Shown here in pieces: positions 61,442 through 64,000 of a stretch of 64,000 nucleotides of DNA. The position numbers were made by a program, and so were the translations under genes. Numbering within the stretch: position 1 is the stretch's first letter; every line of letters starts with the position of its first letter. Location of the stretch: positions 960,001 through 1,024,000 of the forward strand of contig OZ250165.1 in assembly GCA_965238005.1 (NCBI GenBank), written 5' to 3'. The DNA is from Longimicrobiales bacterium (GTDB lineage Bacteria; Gemmatimonadota; Gemmatimonadetes; Longimicrobiales; Gaopeijiaceae). The notes under the pieces were generated by a model. The model was not told the origin of the DNA. It did no database searches and was given only the letters and a program-made list of their open reading frames with translations.

Positions 61442-62425
61442 ATGGACGAGATCATCATCCGGGTCCTGAACGGGAAGGCCGAGCCGATCGAAGAGCTCCG
61501 CCTGGCCAACTGGCGGGGCGAGTCGTCCCGAAACGAACAGTACTTCAGAGAGGTTTCGGCCATATGGCAGTGGTCCGGGACGGCCTCACCGGCGAACGAC
61601 TCCCAGTCGGTCCCGCCCCCTCCATCCCTCGAGGCGATCGTAAGCCAGGGAGAAGCGCTCAGGCGACAGGACGTACGTCTCCGCTTCGCCCGGGGAATCG
61701 GGCGCAAGGAGATTCGGCCCTGGGCCGCCGCGGCAGTGATCGCAGCCGTGAGCCTGGGAGTCTGGATCGGTCGCCTGGGCCCCGGCGCCGACGAGGTCAT
61801 GGGTACCGAATACTTCGCGGGAAGCACGGAGGCGGTAACCGTGGCTCTCGCCGATGGAAGCTTCATCCGCCTTGGCCCGGGAAGCCGTGTACGCTTCGTG
61901 GAGCACGCAGAGCTCAGAGAGACGTGGCTGAGCGGGCGTGGCTTTTTCGGGGTGGAGTCCGACGCCATGCGACCCTTCCTGGTCCACACCGACCTGGGCG
62001 ATGCGCGAGTGCTGGGAACGCGCTTCGAGATTGCGAGCGGGGACGCAGAGCTGAAGGTGATCGTCGTGGAGGGGCGGGTGGCCGTCACCTCCACGAACGG
62101 ACGCGCTGCCGAGGTCTCCCGCGGGCAGGTCGCCCGCCTGGGAACCAACGGCGACTTCTCCGTGGAGACGGTCGAGAACGTGTACGACCTCCTGGACTGG
62201 CCGGGGGGTATGCTGCTTTTCCAGGGCACTCCCCTTCCGCAGGTTGTGGAGGAGGTGGCCGCCCACTTCGGAGTGGCGATTGGGCTGAGCGATCCCGCTC
62301 TGACGAGGCGTACCGTGACGGCGTGGTTCGGGGACGAGACCCTCGACGAGGTCGTCGAGTCCATCTGCCTGTTGGTTCAGGCGGAGTGCGACATCGACGC
62401 AGGCGGGGTCAGGATCGGTGGCTAG
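61442..62425 (+). CDS. fecR: FecR-family anti-sigma/sensor
   Basis: TM helix; LADGS, RPFLVHT, VLGTRF, VVEGRV and LFQGTPL. Confidence 0.92.
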   Translation: MDEIIIRVLNGKAEPIEELRLANWRGESSRNEQYFREVSAIWQWSGTASPANDSQSVPPPPSLEAIVSQGEALRRQDVRLRFARGIGRKEIRPWAAAAVIAAVSLGVWIGRLGPGADEVMGTEYFAGSTEAVTVALADGSFIRLGPGSRVRFVEHAELRETWLSGRGFFGVESDAMRPFLVHTDLGDARVLGTRFEIASGDAELKVIVVEGRVAVTSTNGRAAEVSRGQVARLGTNGDFSVETVENVYDLLDWPGGMLLFQGTPLPQVVEEVAAHFGVAIGLSDPALTRRTVTAWFGDETLDEVVESICLLVQAECDIDAGGVRIGG

Positions 62426-62464
62426 GCAGTGTTGACGGGGTGTGAGGGAGGGGGAGACCGGAAG

Positions 62465-64000
62465 ATGACTATGACATGGTGGCGGAGTCGGACCTGCGGC
62501 GCAGTGGCAGTCGTGGTGGCGTTCGCGCTGGGCGGATCGTTGTCCGGTGCCGGTGCCCAGACCGGTGGAAACGCCGGACTCCTGGCCCGGAAGGCGAACC
62601 TGGAAGTGGAGGGGGTGTCGATCATCGATGCCCTCAGGCGTCTGCAGGCCCGCTCCGCCGTCCCCATCGGCTTCAGCCCGGAGTCGATACCTCCGGATCT
62701 CAGAGTGTTCTGCTCCTGCGTCGACAAGACGGTTCAGGAAGCTCTGGAGATCCTTCTCGAAGGTACCGGGCTGATCTTCACGGGGCGGCGCAACCAGATC
62801 CTGGTCACACGACCCGGAGAACCCGACGCCCCAGTGCGAGACACGGGAGTCGTGGGGGGCTTCGTGCGTGAGGTCGAAACGGGCAACCCCATCGGTGCGG
62901 CCCGGGTTGAGCTGCGCGAGCTGCGTCTCGCCACGCTGACCGGCGCCGACGGTCGCTTCCTCATCCCCTCCATCCCTCCGGGAGCCTACACCCTCGCCGT
63001 GGACGCCCTCGGGTTCCGCAGCGAAGGGGTCCGCCGAACCGACGTCACACTGGACCGTCCCACAATCCTGGATCTAAGGCTGGCGCGAGATCCCTTGGCG
63101 ATCGCCGAGATCGTGGTCGGTCCGGGCATCTTCGGGATCGGGGGCGATGAGGCCACGTTGATGCGGCAGACGCTCACGCAGGAGGAGATGAACGCGCTTC
63201 CCCAGCTCGGTGAGGACGTCTTCCGTATGATGGAGCGCATCCCGGGTGTGGCAACGGGCGACATCTCGGCCAAGATGAGCGTGCGCGGTGGCAACGACGA
63301 TGAGCTGCTGATCATGCTCGACGGCACAGAGCTCTTCGAGCCGTTCCACATGCGGGATCTGGACGCGGTTATGGGGATAGTGGACGTTCAGACGCTGCGC
63401 GGTGTGAGCCTCATCGCCGGAGGGCTTCCCACGGAATACGGAGACCGCATGACCGGTCTGCTCGACATGCGGACGAAGCAGCCGATCGGAAACGGCAAGC
63501 GCAACTCACTCGGCTTCAGCGTCTCCAACATCACCGCCCGTAGCCAAGGAACGTTCAGCGACGGTCGCGGGGGCTGGCTGGTCTCGGTCAGGCGGGGCTT
63601 CCTGGACCTTGTTCTGGCGATGGCCCAGGACGAGAACAGCAACGACGACCTCTCCCCCCGCTACTTCGACGGCATGGGTAAAGTCGAGCTCCTGGTCGGC
63701 ACCCGCCACCGGCTCTCGGCGCACGTGCTCTACGCCGGCGACAACCTCAACCTCATCGCCAACACAGATCCTACGGACCAGGGCGAGCTGCGCACCGATT
63801 GGAGGAATGCAAATGCCTGGGTGAACTGGGCCTGGCAGCTCTCGCCTGCGGTGGACGCTTCGACGGTGTTGTCCGCCGCCTCTCTCTCGCGAAGCCGGAC
63901 GGGGTTCGTTATCGACCGGGGGGCCTCGGAGGTAGCGGACGTCGTCGAGGTGAGCGACGAAGGCGAGTTCGACTTCCTGACCCTGCGGCAGGACTGGCGC
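62465..64000 (+). CDS. TonB-dependent receptor/transducer (partial; runs off the window)
   Basis: Frame reads open from ATG 62465 (no stop, so absent from the ORF track). Signal peptide, STN-like domain, carboxypeptidase-like domain and plug motifs (EDVFR..IPGV, SVRGG, LDG, GGLPTEYGDRMTG). Confidence 0.9.
   Translation, partial: MTMTWWRSRTCGAVAVVVAFALGGSLSGAGAQTGGNAGLLARKANLEVEGVSIIDALRRLQARSAVPIGFSPESIPPDLRVFCSCVDKTVQEALEILLEGTGLIFTGRRNQILVTRPGEPDAPVRDTGVVGGFVREVETGNPIGAARVELRELRLATLTGADGRFLIPSIPPGAYTLAVDALGFRSEGVRRTDVTLDRPTILDLRLARDPLAIAEIVVGPGIFGIGGDEATLMRQTLTQEEMNALPQLGEDVFRMMERIPGVATGDISAKMSVRGGNDDELLIMLDGTELFEPFHMRDLDAVMGIVDVQTLRGVSLIAGGLPTEYGDRMTGLLDMRTKQPIGNGKRNSLGFSVSNITARSQGTFSDGRGGWLVSVRRGFLDLVLAMAQDENSNDDLSPRYFDGMGKVELLVGTRHRLSAHVLYAGDNLNLIANTDPTDQGELRTDWRNANAWVNWAWQLSPAVDASTVLSAASLSRSRTGFVIDRGASEVADVVEVSDEGEFDFLTLRQDWR

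Noticed and set aside
1..64000. CRISPR array, rRNA, retron or other reverse-transcriptase system
   Set aside because: No regularly spaced repeats, cas genes, rRNA-like sequence or RT motifs were seen.

Overview
High-GC bacterial chromosomal window, probably Gemmatimonadota. This is inferred from lineage-typical Ser/Thr kinase, integrase, LVIVD and VPS10 proteins and is not verified. 1-24.9 kb: exported hydrolases, and a six-gene putative respiratory operon (11.7-19.1 kb) encoding two cupredoxin-like proteins, a CydA-like 'bd-like' oxidase subunit with no cydB, and three c-type cytochromes with five CxxCH motifs. 24.9-36.2 kb: a decayed, IS-rich, partly lower-GC island (IS256, IS3 elements, broken kinase and cyclase, protease, integrase remnant) ending at tRNA-Val(TAC). 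36.3-46.2 kb: a P4-integrase integrative mobilizable element carrying a ColE1-like mob module (oriT/nic, mobC, relaxase with nested mbeB/mbeD), a CBS-HEPN putative toxin interrupted by an amber codon, and an HTH-vsr-m5C methylase-endonuclease R-M cassette, followed by an IS1182. 46.7-64 kb: three ECF sigma/anti-sigma modules, a metal/thiol-redox cluster, a persulfide dioxygenase-rhodanese fusion, vapBC, a Tat-exported PLP enzyme and a FecIR-TonB receptor. Gene erosion (frameshifts, microhomology deletions, orphan fragments) is pervasive. All family assignments come from motif recognition by eye; no searches were run.
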